A DNA stretch of 58,605 nt from Trichomonas gallinae (GCA_008369845.1 MRSU01000520.1:1-58605); one strand, 5' to 3'; positions 11,187 to 21,323 are shown, numbered from the stretch's first letter. Notes: a model not told the origin generated them from the letters alone. Made by a program: numbers and translations.

Positions 11187-12992
11187 TCAGTGGATGAGCT
11201 TTGTTGGCTGCTTTGAGCCAGCTGGGAAGATCAGCTTAGACTTCGGTGGTGGGGTGATTACCTTCTGCGGCTGTGGCTTTGGAGCTGGCTGTGGAGCAGG
11301 CTTCGGCTGTGGCTGTGGTTTTGGTGCAGAAGCATTTTGTTGCTTCGGTGGCTCGAAAAGTGACTTAGGAGCGACATAGTCACCATTGTGCATGAGCATG
11401 TGTGTTGTCTCTGGATTGGAGAACTCAGCTTCGTATACCTTCTTGATGAGTGGGTTCTCGAGTGGCTGCCTGTATGGAGACCTGTGTGCGTGATCTTTCA
11501 GCATGTTCTCCTTGAGAAGTCTGTCGCCTTTCGAACCACAAACTCCGTTCAAGCATCCGCCTTCGCAAGATGCGACGCATACGTAGAGGAGGTCGTTGTA
11601 CTGCTTGGTGAGGAGCTGCTCGAGGCCAGCCTTGCTATAGGCGATGCCGAATCTCATTGAGACACCCGGCTTGATTTCGAGTTTGATGATTTTGGCGAGG
11701 TTAGAGAGAATCTCGTAATCCTTCTTGATCTCTGTAAGCTTAACATGCTTAGTCGCGAAGATTTCGATGAGTGCTTCTGTCCATCCTTCAGCTGTTGTCG
11801 AGAGGATGCCGGACTGTGAAGACATGGAGGCTGCCTTGAGCTCTGGGATCTTCTTGAAATCGATCTTCTTCCTCTGGCAGAAGTCTGCGAGTTCTTCGAC
11901 AGATAGGGCCATGTTATTGTACTGTTGAGGCTGGCCGTTGTAGTGGGCGAGCTCAACTTTGTGGGCAACGCAGTTAGTGAATGAGATTGAGAGTCTCTTG
12001 TTGTCTGTCTTTGAGAGTAATCCGGCGATTAGTGGTGGAGAAATGACTGTTGACAAAATCTTCTTTGCTTCTGGCATGTAATGCTGCACTGTTTGTATCA
12101 TTGATGGGCAGAATGCTGAAACGAGAGGAATTCTATCAACAACATGATTTGCTAACTCCTGGGCTTCTTCAACAAGAGCAATATCGCTTGCAATAGCTGA
12201 ATCAAATACGTAATCGAAGCCATTCTTGAGGAGTGCCGTTGAAAGTTTTCCGATTGTCATCGAGCCACGTGGAAGCTTAAGGAGACGCTCAAGATTGATG
12301 CAAACAGAATGATCAATGATGGCAACCTTCTTGTAATCCTTCATTTCAAGTAACGTGCCAAGCTCTGTAACGTGATTTGTGAATGTAATTGACTTGCTGT
12401 CGCAAACTTCGGCACACTTTCCACAGCTATTGCAGAATGCATGTGCAAGACCGTTGTTTCCGAAGGCCTGAACGTAAGGAGACAAAACTAAGGAATTGCT
12501 TGGACATACTGGAACGCATTTATTGCATTTTGTGCACTTGTGTGGGTCAATTCTGATGCCGATAGCTGTATCATCGACCAATGTTGGAGCTTTGTCAGGA
12601 TTTACCATGCATTGCTCCATATTATCGAGCGAAGCCTTAATATGCGGCTGAAGTTCCTTCGGGAGAAGCTTGAGATCATCGTTCTCCCTGAATTTCTTCA
12701 TTGCTTCAGGGAATGCTTTGACAACTTCTGGTGCCTTTGTTTTAACATCAAGGCCTTTGTAAACGAGGGTGCTGCAAGCGTTCTTGAGGGTCTTACCGTC
12801 AACGAGGACCTTGCAAAGGCCGCATTCGTTGCCTTGGTAGAAATATGAACCGCAAGCACGCGGAATTTGAATGTGATTCCTTGCAGCTGCCATCATGATC
12901 GTTTCTCCTTGGATTGCTTCAAGTTTCTTGCCGTCAATTGTGATTTCGAAATAGCGTGAAAAAGAAGTGAACTTCGAAACGCTACTTAACAT
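11187..12992 (-). CDS. [FeFe]-hydrogenase homolog with degenerate H-cluster motifs and a putative hydrogenosomal leader
   Basis: Leader MLSSVSKFTSFSRYF; [2Fe-2S] domain (C-x9-CxxC-x14-C); 2x[4Fe-4S] motifs CTKCNKCVPVCP and CNSCGKCAEVC; GFDYVFDS...DIALVEEAQEL; divergent L1/L2/L3; Pro/Gln/Lys tail. Confidence 0.9.
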   Translation of the reverse strand: MLSSVSKFTSFSRYFEITIDGKKLEAIQGETIMMAAARNHIQIPRACGSYFYQGNECGLCKVLVDGKTLKNACSTLVYKGLDVKTKAPEVVKAFPEAMKKFRENDDLKLLPKELQPHIKASLDNMEQCMVNPDKAPTLVDDTAIGIRIDPHKCTKCNKCVPVCPSNSLVLSPYVQAFGNNGLAHAFCNSCGKCAEVCDSKSITFTNHVTELGTLLEMKDYKKVAIIDHSVCINLERLLKLPRGSMTIGKLSTALLKNGFDYVFDSAIASDIALVEEAQELANHVVDRIPLVSAFCPSMIQTVQHYMPEAKKILSTVISPPLIAGLLSKTDNKRLSISFTNCVAHKVELAHYNGQPQQYNNMALSVEELADFCQRKKIDFKKIPELKAASMSSQSGILSTTAEGWTEALIEIFATKHVKLTEIKKDYEILSNLAKIIKLEIKPGVSMRFGIAYSKAGLEQLLTKQYNDLLYVCVASCEGGCLNGVCGSKGDRLLKENMLKDHAHRSPYRQPLENPLIKKVYEAEFSNPETTHMLMHNGDYVAPKSLFEPPKQQNASAPKPQPQPKPAPQPAPKPQPQKVITPPPKSKLIFPAGSKQPTKLIH

Positions 12993-14225
12993 TCGATTGT
13001 AAATTTTGAATGTTTTACTTGACAAAATTATTTGAATTAATAAAATGTTTTCAATACTTTACATGTCAAATAGTCCGATGAAATTTTTTACAAATCGTAA
13101 TTTTTGAATGATTTACAATTATTTGAAAACATTACATATCAGATCCCAAATATTTCAATAATTTACAAATCAAATCATCAAAAAATTGAATAATTTACAA
13201 TAAGAAAAATTAATTTTGGAAAATTATTTATTATTATGATTTATGATCAGCTTTATATACCAAATAACCAATAAAAATAAAAAATACGGATTTTAACCGA
13301 ACGCGATTGCATTTTGATGATGATTCAGTGATGGATATGATATGGAAGCTTTCTTTATCAAAACATTCGAACCGAACCATGATTATCATCATTTTTCTTT
13401 TCGGCATTTTTATCAAGTTGTAAGGAAGGTACATAAACCTGTCAGATCAATCTAATAAGATATTATGGAAGGTGCTGTCTGCTATCGCCGCCACTCTATA
13501 ATGGTTCAGCATTTCTCAAATTTGGTCAATCGAATTAACTCATGACCAAGTTAACAAAACCTCCCTACATTACTTCCATGCCACAACTACACATTCTCAA
13601 ACCAATTTCTATTGATTCTTCCGACTGATTTGATTAATTTCAACAAGGACATCAAAAATGTCTTTGATGATGTTCTCTTTTATTCATCTAAAGACCGTAG
13701 GAAACAATGCAGTCTACTTCATCACAGGGTCGTTTATTACTTTATTTTCAGGAGATTAAAAGTAAAGAATGCAATCATAATAATGACTTAAAACTCTGCT
13801 TACCTTACTTGGTCCCTTGAAATGTTTGACAAGAAACTCAAGTCAATCTTTAATAATTTTTTTTTAAGACGCCTCTGACTTGACAGAAAATAGTTATTTT
13901 TTATATAGACCACATAAAATATAAGAAGAATAAGATAACGTGTGTTTAAATGTAATTTTTGATTCCAGAATTATTATTATGTGCTTATGAAATATCTATA
14001 GTATCGATGATTTGTATAATCACATAGTAAATCATCTGATGTTATTTAAAGAAATTGGTAATGTTGTTCGATATCGAATAATCAGTAAAGAAAAAGTCTA
14101 TGTTTCTGGCAAATCAAAAGACCAGAGGCATGTTTTTTGAATATCTTTTGGGTCAATTTATTGATTTTACTAGATAACATTCATCAATATTTGCCGAATT
14201 TTCAACATTAATGAAATAACGTATA

Positions 14226-14390
14226 TTTGCCACGTAAAACTATTTTGTCATATAGATAACAAAATACGACAAACAAATTCAATTTAACGTACATTTGACA
14301 CGTAAACAATCTATCCAGAAATTTTGCCATGTAAACGTCAAAACTATTGACAACAAAAATCCATTGTATTAATGGTCAAGTAAAAAGACA
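14226..14390. repeat. Degenerate cluster of TTTG(A/C)CA(C/T)GTAAA motifs
   Basis: tttgccacgtaaaac at 14226, tttgacacgtaaac at 14294, tttgccatgtaaac at 14323. Confidence 0.6.
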
Positions 14391-14403
14391 AATAATCAAA
14401 TAC

Positions 14404-14451
14404 AAATAATTCAATGCGCATTTTTTCAATGGTTTATGCATTGAATTATTT
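14404..14451. repeat. 14-bp perfect inverted repeat upstream of GSK3
   Basis: AAATAATTCAATGC (14404-14417) and GCATTGAATTATTT (14438-14451) with a 20-nt spacer. Confidence 0.7.
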
Positions 14452-14516
14452 CCTATTTGTAAACTCCCCTACAAAATTATTGTTCGTTATCTACTAATTT
14501 TTTTTTTTAAAATTAG

Positions 14517-15587
14517 ATGGCGAAGGTCGTGGATAAAGACAGGCTTTCTAACCTCAGAATGCACTCATCATTAGCACTTTCATCCAATAGAAAGTCATCC
14601 ACAAGGCTTAGCCAACAACGCCCGCCTTCTAACAGACAACAATCCGAATATCGTCCTATAAAAGTTATTGGTCAGGGAGCCTTCGGTATTGTATATTGTG
14701 CTAGAGCCGTGGATGGTTCAATTGTAGCAATTAAAAAAGTTTTGCTCGATCCAAGATACAAAAATAGAGAACTCGAAACAATGCAGGAAATAAATAACAG
14801 ATATTGCATTCGACTGCGATCAGCATTCAAAACACCCGGCCGAAAACCAAAAGAATACTACTTAAACCTTGTTATGGATTATCTTCCGTTATCCCTCCAC
14901 CAATTCAATATGAACTATAGAAAAGAAAGAAAATACCCACCACTTCTGTATGTTAAGTTGTACGCGTTTCAAATGTTTGCGGGTTTGAATTATATCCATT
15001 CAATCGGAATTACTCATCGTGATTTGAAGCCACAAAATATTTTATGTGACATGGAATCGGGTGAACTCAAAATTTGCGACTTCGGATCAGCTAAACAACT
15101 CGTTCCAGGCGAAAAATCAGTTTCATATATCGCTTCTCGCTATTATCGTGCTCCTGAGCTTATTTTTGATTGCGTATACTACACATCTGCCATCGATATT
15201 TGGGCTGGAGCATGCGTTGTCGCTGAAATGTTGATGGCTGGTATGCCAATTTTCGCAGGCGGCAGTTCATTAGGCCAGCTTCATGAAATTGTCAAAGTAT
15301 TAGGCCCGCCAACAGAGGATGACATGAATTCATTCCAACATGGCGCAGATATCCCGCTTTCGTCAACTCCAGGAGTTGGCCTCGAAAACGTTTTACCGAG
15401 ACACACACCACCGGATATTATGGACTTACTCAAGAGTATATTCATATATAACCCATCTAAGCGTCCAACAGCCTTAGAATGCATCAAACATCCATGTTTT
15501 GATGAATTATTCGATCCAGAGCTTAAAATGCCAAGTGGACGTCCATTCCCAGTCCTAGATAGAAGTGGACAAAGCATTGAATTATAG
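14517..15587 (+). CDS. GSK3: Glycogen synthase kinase 3 (CMGC family)
   Basis: IGQGAFG, VAIKKVLLDPRYKNRELE, HRDLKPQN, KICDFGSAK and SYIASRYYRAPEL motifs. Confidence 0.96.
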   Translation: MAKVVDKDRLSNLRMHSSLALSSNRKSSTRLSQQRPPSNRQQSEYRPIKVIGQGAFGIVYCARAVDGSIVAIKKVLLDPRYKNRELETMQEINNRYCIRLRSAFKTPGRKPKEYYLNLVMDYLPLSLHQFNMNYRKERKYPPLLYVKLYAFQMFAGLNYIHSIGITHRDLKPQNILCDMESGELKICDFGSAKQLVPGEKSVSYIASRYYRAPELIFDCVYYTSAIDIWAGACVVAEMLMAGMPIFAGGSSLGQLHEIVKVLGPPTEDDMNSFQHGADIPLSSTPGVGLENVLPRHTPPDIMDLLKSIFIYNPSKRPTALECIKHPCFDELFDPELKMPSGRPFPVLDRSGQSIEL

Positions 15588-15931
15588 AAAACAAAAAAAC
15601 TGTATGATTTTCTTCAAAAAAAAGCAAATTTGTTAAAATAAAGATTGTTTATTTATTTAAATCTACTCCAAGGCTTTTAACATTTTTATTCCAAAACATG
15701 AAATATTCAAAAATTTCAATTATATGATAAATGTATCATAATATGCGAGACAATATATTCTTTTCAAGGTAGATGTTAATAAAGTTCGTGTGAATCAGGA
15801 TCATTATGATAAATTTGATGAACAACAAAATATTTTTCTTTGGATAAAATTTGATATGGTGCTTCATATATATTCATGCTGCTAATTAACACTATCCATG
15901 TTTCTAAGCTAAAAAATAAAGTAAAATCAAA

Positions 15932-16516
15932 TTAATTTTTCAAATGACGATTAAGTTCCTCATCAAGCTCATCAATATCCATTTCTTCGATTCTTTTCAA
16001 TTCCTCAAGTTCTTCTGGAGTCATTTCTTGATCTAAATCAATCCCTTCTATGTCATCATCGTCTAAGGGATCAGTATCGTGCTGAATTGTAGATTTAACA
16101 GGAGAGTTTCTCGATTGGAGTTTGTAAAACAGTCTTGCCCAAAAAAAATTTTCTGAAATCTTCGAAGGAACAAGTCTATCATGAATGTGTTTAAGATTTT
16201 GTGAATTTCGTAGGAAAGAATTAATTTCACGTTTCTTTTCTTCATAAATAAACATGCTTTCATATTGTTTATAATTTTCTTCAGAAGGTTCGATTAAATA
16301 CGTAGAAGCATTTTCCAATATAGGTAGTAGAGTCTTATCAAAATCTTTATCTTCGTTTTCTGTTGATATCTGAATCTGAGCATCTAAATCCATGATTTTA
16401 TCTTGCAGATTATCGACAAATTCTAGTGTTTTATCTTTCATATTTGAAACTATCGAACTTAATCCACCCCAAAGTCTCTTCACTGGACTCAATTCGACAC
16501 TTTGGGATTTCGACAT
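15932..16516 (-). CDS. BSD-domain protein
   Basis: LVPSKISENFFWARLFY BSD-like motif and acidic tail; ATG 16516 is preceded by Inr TCATTTT. Confidence 0.75.
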   Translation of the reverse strand: MSKSQSVELSPVKRLWGGLSSIVSNMKDKTLEFVDNLQDKIMDLDAQIQISTENEDKDFDKTLLPILENASTYLIEPSEENYKQYESMFIYEEKKREINSFLRNSQNLKHIHDRLVPSKISENFFWARLFYKLQSRNSPVKSTIQHDTDPLDDDDIEGIDLDQEMTPEELEELKRIEEMDIDELDEELNRHLKN

Positions 16517-16821
16517 CAACAAAAAATGAATTTCACCCAGGATATAGCACATATTATGGATAAAAATATACATAGAATCTCATTTAGTTGAAGATTTTTT
16601 ATATTTTTATCTGAAATAATGCAATTTTGTATTTTTTGATGGATCAACGACTAAAATTACTCAATAGACATTCAGTAAAAACAAGAGATAAATAATGGCA
16701 AGGTTATTACCGATAAAATTTCTAAAAACAATTTATATTTGTTACGAAATTAGTATAAATTAAGATTTAATACTCGTATTACATGGGAAATGATAGAATT
16801 TAATTGATATTATCGTGCAAA

Positions 16822-17091
16822 TTAAAGATCTTGATCGGAATTGAAAAGTTTGACCATTAAAACGAGAACAAACAAAGCAACACCGACAATTAAGATTGGC
16901 CACTTGTTTGATCTCTTTTTAACTTCGTCTTCATCTCTAAAATTAGAATCGTCGATTTGTTTTGGCTTTCTTGTCTGAATTGGCTCAATGTGATCGCGAG
17001 TTGGCTGCGGCATCTGTACTCTTGGCCTTGGCTCTGTTAATTTAACATTCTGGAAGTTGTTAAAACCAGGATTTTTTTGCCAAGGCGACAT
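16822..17091 (-). CDS. Small tail-anchored membrane protein, hypothetical
   Basis: 89-aa ORF with a hydrophilic N-terminus, then KKRSNKW and a single TM segment (PILIVGVALFVLVLMV) near the C-terminus. Confidence 0.7.
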   Translation of the reverse strand: MSPWQKNPGFNNFQNVKLTEPRPRVQMPQPTRDHIEPIQTRKPKQIDDSNFRDEDEVKKRSNKWPILIVGVALFVLVLMVKLFNSDQDL

Positions 17092-17237
17092 TTTTTTAAA
17101 TTGTCAATTTTCTTAATTGTTTTGATATAACAATGACGTATTTAAACACAATAAGAGCATCTCTGATTCGCCGCGCTATTGACAGTGAAAAAATCATGTT
17201 TTTTGATGCTCTAAAATTCGATGCAACCCCATATTAA

Positions 17238-17492
17238 GGGTCCGCTCCGGCCAAATAGCAGTCTATCGTCTATTTTTGGATGACCTCTCCAAAAGTGAGT
17301 ATTACGGCCGATTAATTAAAAAAATTAAGCGAGAGAATTATTTTTTAGATGATACTAGCACCACCTATAAAGTGGTGCATATTGTTAGCGCATTAGATCT
17401 CTTCAAAAAGTGAGTTTATTTTTGTGGGCAAAACGATAATTTTCAATACGCATTGAAAAATTGAGAACCCTATTTGGCCGCGTAGCGGACCC
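17238..17492. mobile_element. Non-autonomous DNA transposon (MITE), Kolobok-like, 255 bp
   Basis: TTAA on both sides (17234-17237 and 17493-17496). Left TIR GGGTCCGCT-C-CGGCCAAATAG; reverse complement of right TIR GGGTCCGCT-ACG-CGGCCAAATAG. No transposase ORF. Confidence 0.88.
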
Positions 17493-17529
17493 TTAAAAAT
17501 CTAACATTTGTCAATTTACAATGCCAAAT

Positions 17530-18120
17530 CTTGATAACACTGAGAATAGTAATAATAAAAAGGGTTATATTATTCGCATATGTTACTATTAATGGGAATG
17601 ATGAAAGATATTTTTGTCAATTTACCTGCATTTGATTTGAATATTTTTTTCGAATGTCAAGCTTGCATTGTTCTCTGTTATGTAATTAATTGTGTGATCT
17701 CCTGGATCTGTTGGCAATGTAATTTTGTCTTTAATTTTGACATGATCACCATTGTCGGCGTCGTAGTAAATAATTTTTGCATATTTTGAATCAATGCATC
17801 GGTTGATTTTGAGATGATCACCAATGTAGTTGTCCAAAACATCAATATCCGATGAAATTTCGTCTACCTCTCGTAGCAAAAGATGCCGTTGTGATGATAT
17901 TTCTTTGAAGCAGTTAAATGATCATCACTTATCTCTAAGCTTTTCTCGTTGAAAAGAGCAAGTAATATATATATTAGATGTATATATTGACAAGGTTTAA
18001 AACATTATCATGATTGTTGTCATAAACTTTGTAAAGTGCGAGTAGAAACTTTGCACCAACAAAGAATCTCGAAGCTGAAAGCGATTTCATGGCTGTCATA
18101 TCATATTTAAAGATGCTGAT
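17530..18120 (-). pseudogene. Decayed fragment of a Bap-like Ig-repeat surface gene
   Basis: Fragments in different frames (YDSHEIAFSFEI; KVYDNNHDNVLNL; YYDADNGDHVKIKDKITLPTDPGDHTI; KISFIIPI) resemble repeat motifs of the 39206-49525 protein (DxDxGDxV, PxxxGDHxI). Confidence 0.5.
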
Positions 18121-18235
18121 AGAATTGTTAAATTAAATTATACTTAATTGTAGACATATAATGAGAAAATTATTTATCAATAAAAAACGAAATTCAGAAT
18201 AAATAAATAAAAAAATAATGAGCAAAAGGGATGAA

Positions 18236-20212
18236 TTAGTTCGGCTTCATCGAAGAAAGGAGGGAGATAGTTGTATTAGTTCTATGTTTCATCCTGTGGG
18301 CCTTCTGGACGCCTGCCATTGAGATCTCGTTAGGCGGTTTGACTGTTGAAGGCTTCGAGTCATCGATTTCGCCGTGGTTCCAGTATGGAAGGAATAACGC
18401 TGCGATTGTTCTGTTTCCTGCAAGGACAGCGATCTTGTATGGGTGGGAGTCCTCATTAACATTCGGATTGCAGCCGGCCTGAAGAAATACTTCAGCTGCA
18501 TCTATATTGTCATAATATGCGGCGTATGATAGACCAGACCAGCCTCCTTGATCAAGCACGTCGATGTTCGGCGAGTTGAGAGCAACAATCTGAGATATTT
18601 CAGGGCTTCCGCATGCGCCAGCAATGTGCATTGCTCCGAAGCCAGAGCGATCTTGAGAAAGCATGCCGTAGCAGATCGCAGCGAAGACCTGTTGAATATC
18701 ATTAGTCCTTACAGCTTCTTTGTAGTCTATCGCTGGTGCTGATGGATTGAGGAATGCTTTTTGAACATATTTGTCTTTGATGAAACGCTCTCTTTCCTCC
18801 TTAGAGGCTTGATCTGAGATTGCGCGTGGTCCGACTGCTGCTTGGAGGATCTTATTCGCGTTTGTGTTTCCGATGACCTGGAGGACTTTGAGAGTTGTCT
18901 CATCCAGGTGATCGAGTGTGAGAGAGCGAACCTTGGAGATATCAGACGTGAGTGCGCGGTGGAAACCTGAGCAATTGATGCAAATGCAGGTTCCCCAGTT
19001 GATGCAGCACCAGCTTGGATTGTGGGCACCGCAGTCCGCGCATACCTGTTCGCGCATGAGCTTCTGTACAATTGTATTATCGCTGTCTGTTGTTGTTGGC
19101 TGTTGTGTATTTGTTGTATTAATTGCATCTGAGTGATCGAGCAAGTATTGGATATTGTTGTTTATGACAGACATCCACTCCTTCATATCCCAATCCGTAA
19201 GTGCTTGAAGTGTATATGTCTTGTCCCTTGAAATAATTGTGAAGCAGTTGCGTCGGTCTGGATCGTTGAGAGGCTTTGTAGATGTCAAGAGGAGCGGAAG
19301 CTGACCAAGTTGCTCCTTAGCATCTTCGGCGTTGTGGTAGTAGAATAATTTATAATTCTTGCAAACGAAATAGCGACGCTGCCACGATTTCGTAATACCG
19401 GAACCTTTCTTCCACAAGTATCCTTCATGGATAAGGGAGTTGGTGCCTGGAAATTCGAGTCTAATTCTGCGCCAATATAATTGGTAATAACTTTCGATTG
19501 ATTTACGGTAATTAGTCGTATTTTTGTCGAAAACGACAATTTCTGATGTTGAAATCGGAAGGGCTTGACGGATTGTATTGAAATGATCTTTTGCACCTTT
19601 GAAGAAGTCCGCGCATTGTTCATAGGTTGTGCCGAGCATGTTAAGGAAAGCAATGAATTCTGTTAATATTTCGACGTTCTTCTTACGCTCGACGAGTTCA
19701 AGCTGGCGAGATAATTGGAAGTCTGCAAAAACAGCTCTTCCGTGCGCCTGCATGAGCTTCATATCGAATTCTTCAATTTCTTGGTCCGAAACTTTCTTTT
19801 TAGAGAGCGAAACGTACTTTTCGAAAGTAGTATGATAATTGTCATACATTTTTTCCGCTTGTTTTCCGAGTTGTTCCACAGCCTTTACGTCACCGTTCAC
19901 GAACTGATTTAATGGCGAGATAACTGCTGACTGTATCATATCGAAATGAGAGTTCATTGTTTCTTTGAAATTATTGAGTATTTCAACGATATACGTAATA
20001 TTGGGATCACCTTCAACTGGTCCGAAATTGGTGAAACTCGTAGACAATTTTTTCATAATGCTGCATAATTGTGTTCCGCAATCTACATATCGCGTGAAAG
20101 TCCTCTCTGCATCGACAATGAGAGCGGCCATCGCCTGAATACTTTCAAGGCGCTTCTTAAGTTCATCCACGTGAGTCGGGGATAGGTTAAGGTAATTTAC
20201 ATATTCTTCCAT
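18236..20212 (-). CDS. ACAP/centaurin-beta-type ArfGAP (BAR-PH-ArfGAP-ankyrin)
   Basis: Helical BAR-like N-terminus, PH domain (EGYLWKKG...WQRRYF), ArfGAP zinc finger CADC-x16-CINCSGFHR with SKVRSLTLD, ankyrin repeats (GWSGLSYAAYY). Confidence 0.93.
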   Translation of the reverse strand: MEEYVNYLNLSPTHVDELKKRLESIQAMAALIVDAERTFTRYVDCGTQLCSIMKKLSTSFTNFGPVEGDPNITYIVEILNNFKETMNSHFDMIQSAVISPLNQFVNGDVKAVEQLGKQAEKMYDNYHTTFEKYVSLSKKKVSDQEIEEFDMKLMQAHGRAVFADFQLSRQLELVERKKNVEILTEFIAFLNMLGTTYEQCADFFKGAKDHFNTIRQALPISTSEIVVFDKNTTNYRKSIESYYQLYWRRIRLEFPGTNSLIHEGYLWKKGSGITKSWQRRYFVCKNYKLFYYHNAEDAKEQLGQLPLLLTSTKPLNDPDRRNCFTIISRDKTYTLQALTDWDMKEWMSVINNNIQYLLDHSDAINTTNTQQPTTTDSDNTIVQKLMREQVCADCGAHNPSWCCINWGTCICINCSGFHRALTSDISKVRSLTLDHLDETTLKVLQVIGNTNANKILQAAVGPRAISDQASKEERERFIKDKYVQKAFLNPSAPAIDYKEAVRTNDIQQVFAAICYGMLSQDRSGFGAMHIAGACGSPEISQIVALNSPNIDVLDQGGWSGLSYAAYYDNIDAAEVFLQAGCNPNVNEDSHPYKIAVLAGNRTIAALFLPYWNHGEIDDSKPSTVKPPNEISMAGVQKAHRMKHRTNTTISLLSSMKPN

Positions 20213-21323
20213 TTTGTATTTTTGAAAAAAAAAAAAAAAATCGGATTTCTTTTTCAACTTTTGTTGTTCACCGGAAACTGCTCATTTTTTGTAATCTATC
20301 CCGTATGCACTGTATAAACACGCGAATTTCGATTTTTCCGAAATAGAAAATATCATAAAGATAGCGATTTAGCCTTAAAATTCGACTTAATAACATAGAC
20401 ACACCATACAAAACTATAATATATTACATAGCAACATTTTTCTAAGTGATTTTTGAATTGAAATTTTAAAATAATAAAAGCATTCTTTAATACTACATTG
20501 GCTTATATATGGCTTTATTTCGGTGTTTTCCGGTGATGTTGGTTGATTAATTCAATTACTTCCATGTCAAAAACCTGCTCGACTTAGTTTGAATAGTTTA
20601 CAGAAATGTCATTAACAAAAACGAAATCGTAAAACTTTTAAATCTTAGGATGATTTTCTATATAGGAACATATTGTTTGGCCATATAATAAATATTTATT
20701 GATCAGTTCTGCAATTCGATATTATTTTTCAATTTTGAGAAATGTTTTTTTTTTCCATTTTTCATATGATGTTGATACTGTTTTTTAGACTTCAGTAGGA
20801 AAATATAACTACATTTTCCGTGTATTGTGAAGATTTCATAGCTAAATTAATAAATTAAAAATAAAATTTTAATAATACGCATATAGCTGGTAATTATGTT
20901 GGTATCAAGGCTCCTAAAACTATATTATTGAGTATTCATATATATATTCGCATTGAAATACTTTAGAATAATATAAAATGCGATTTCATTTAAAGGTGGG
21001 AAAAGTAAATGAATACAACCTACTTGTTGATGGTAATAAAGTAATTATGCGGAGTTGTTCAGACTCTAGTATTGTTTTAATGACATATCACATCAAACAA
21101 AAAAATAAACTTCTTGTTATTTAGATAATCATCACGGCAAAAACTATTTTGACATCAAAACAGGAGAATTTTCGAATTATGTCAGAAATTGTGTGTCAAT
21201 GTGTTTTCTTTCGTTTAATATATACCAGTATTTGAATAAAAAATTATTTGCAGAAAATGATTTTTTTTTGACAAATTTCTATGATGGAAATTTAAAGAAA
21301 AAAGTGTCACTGTTTATATAAAA

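Noticed and set aside
17234..17496. piggyBac assignment for the TTAA MITE
   Set aside because: Termini are GGG...CCC, the opposite of the piggyBac CCY...RGG pattern.
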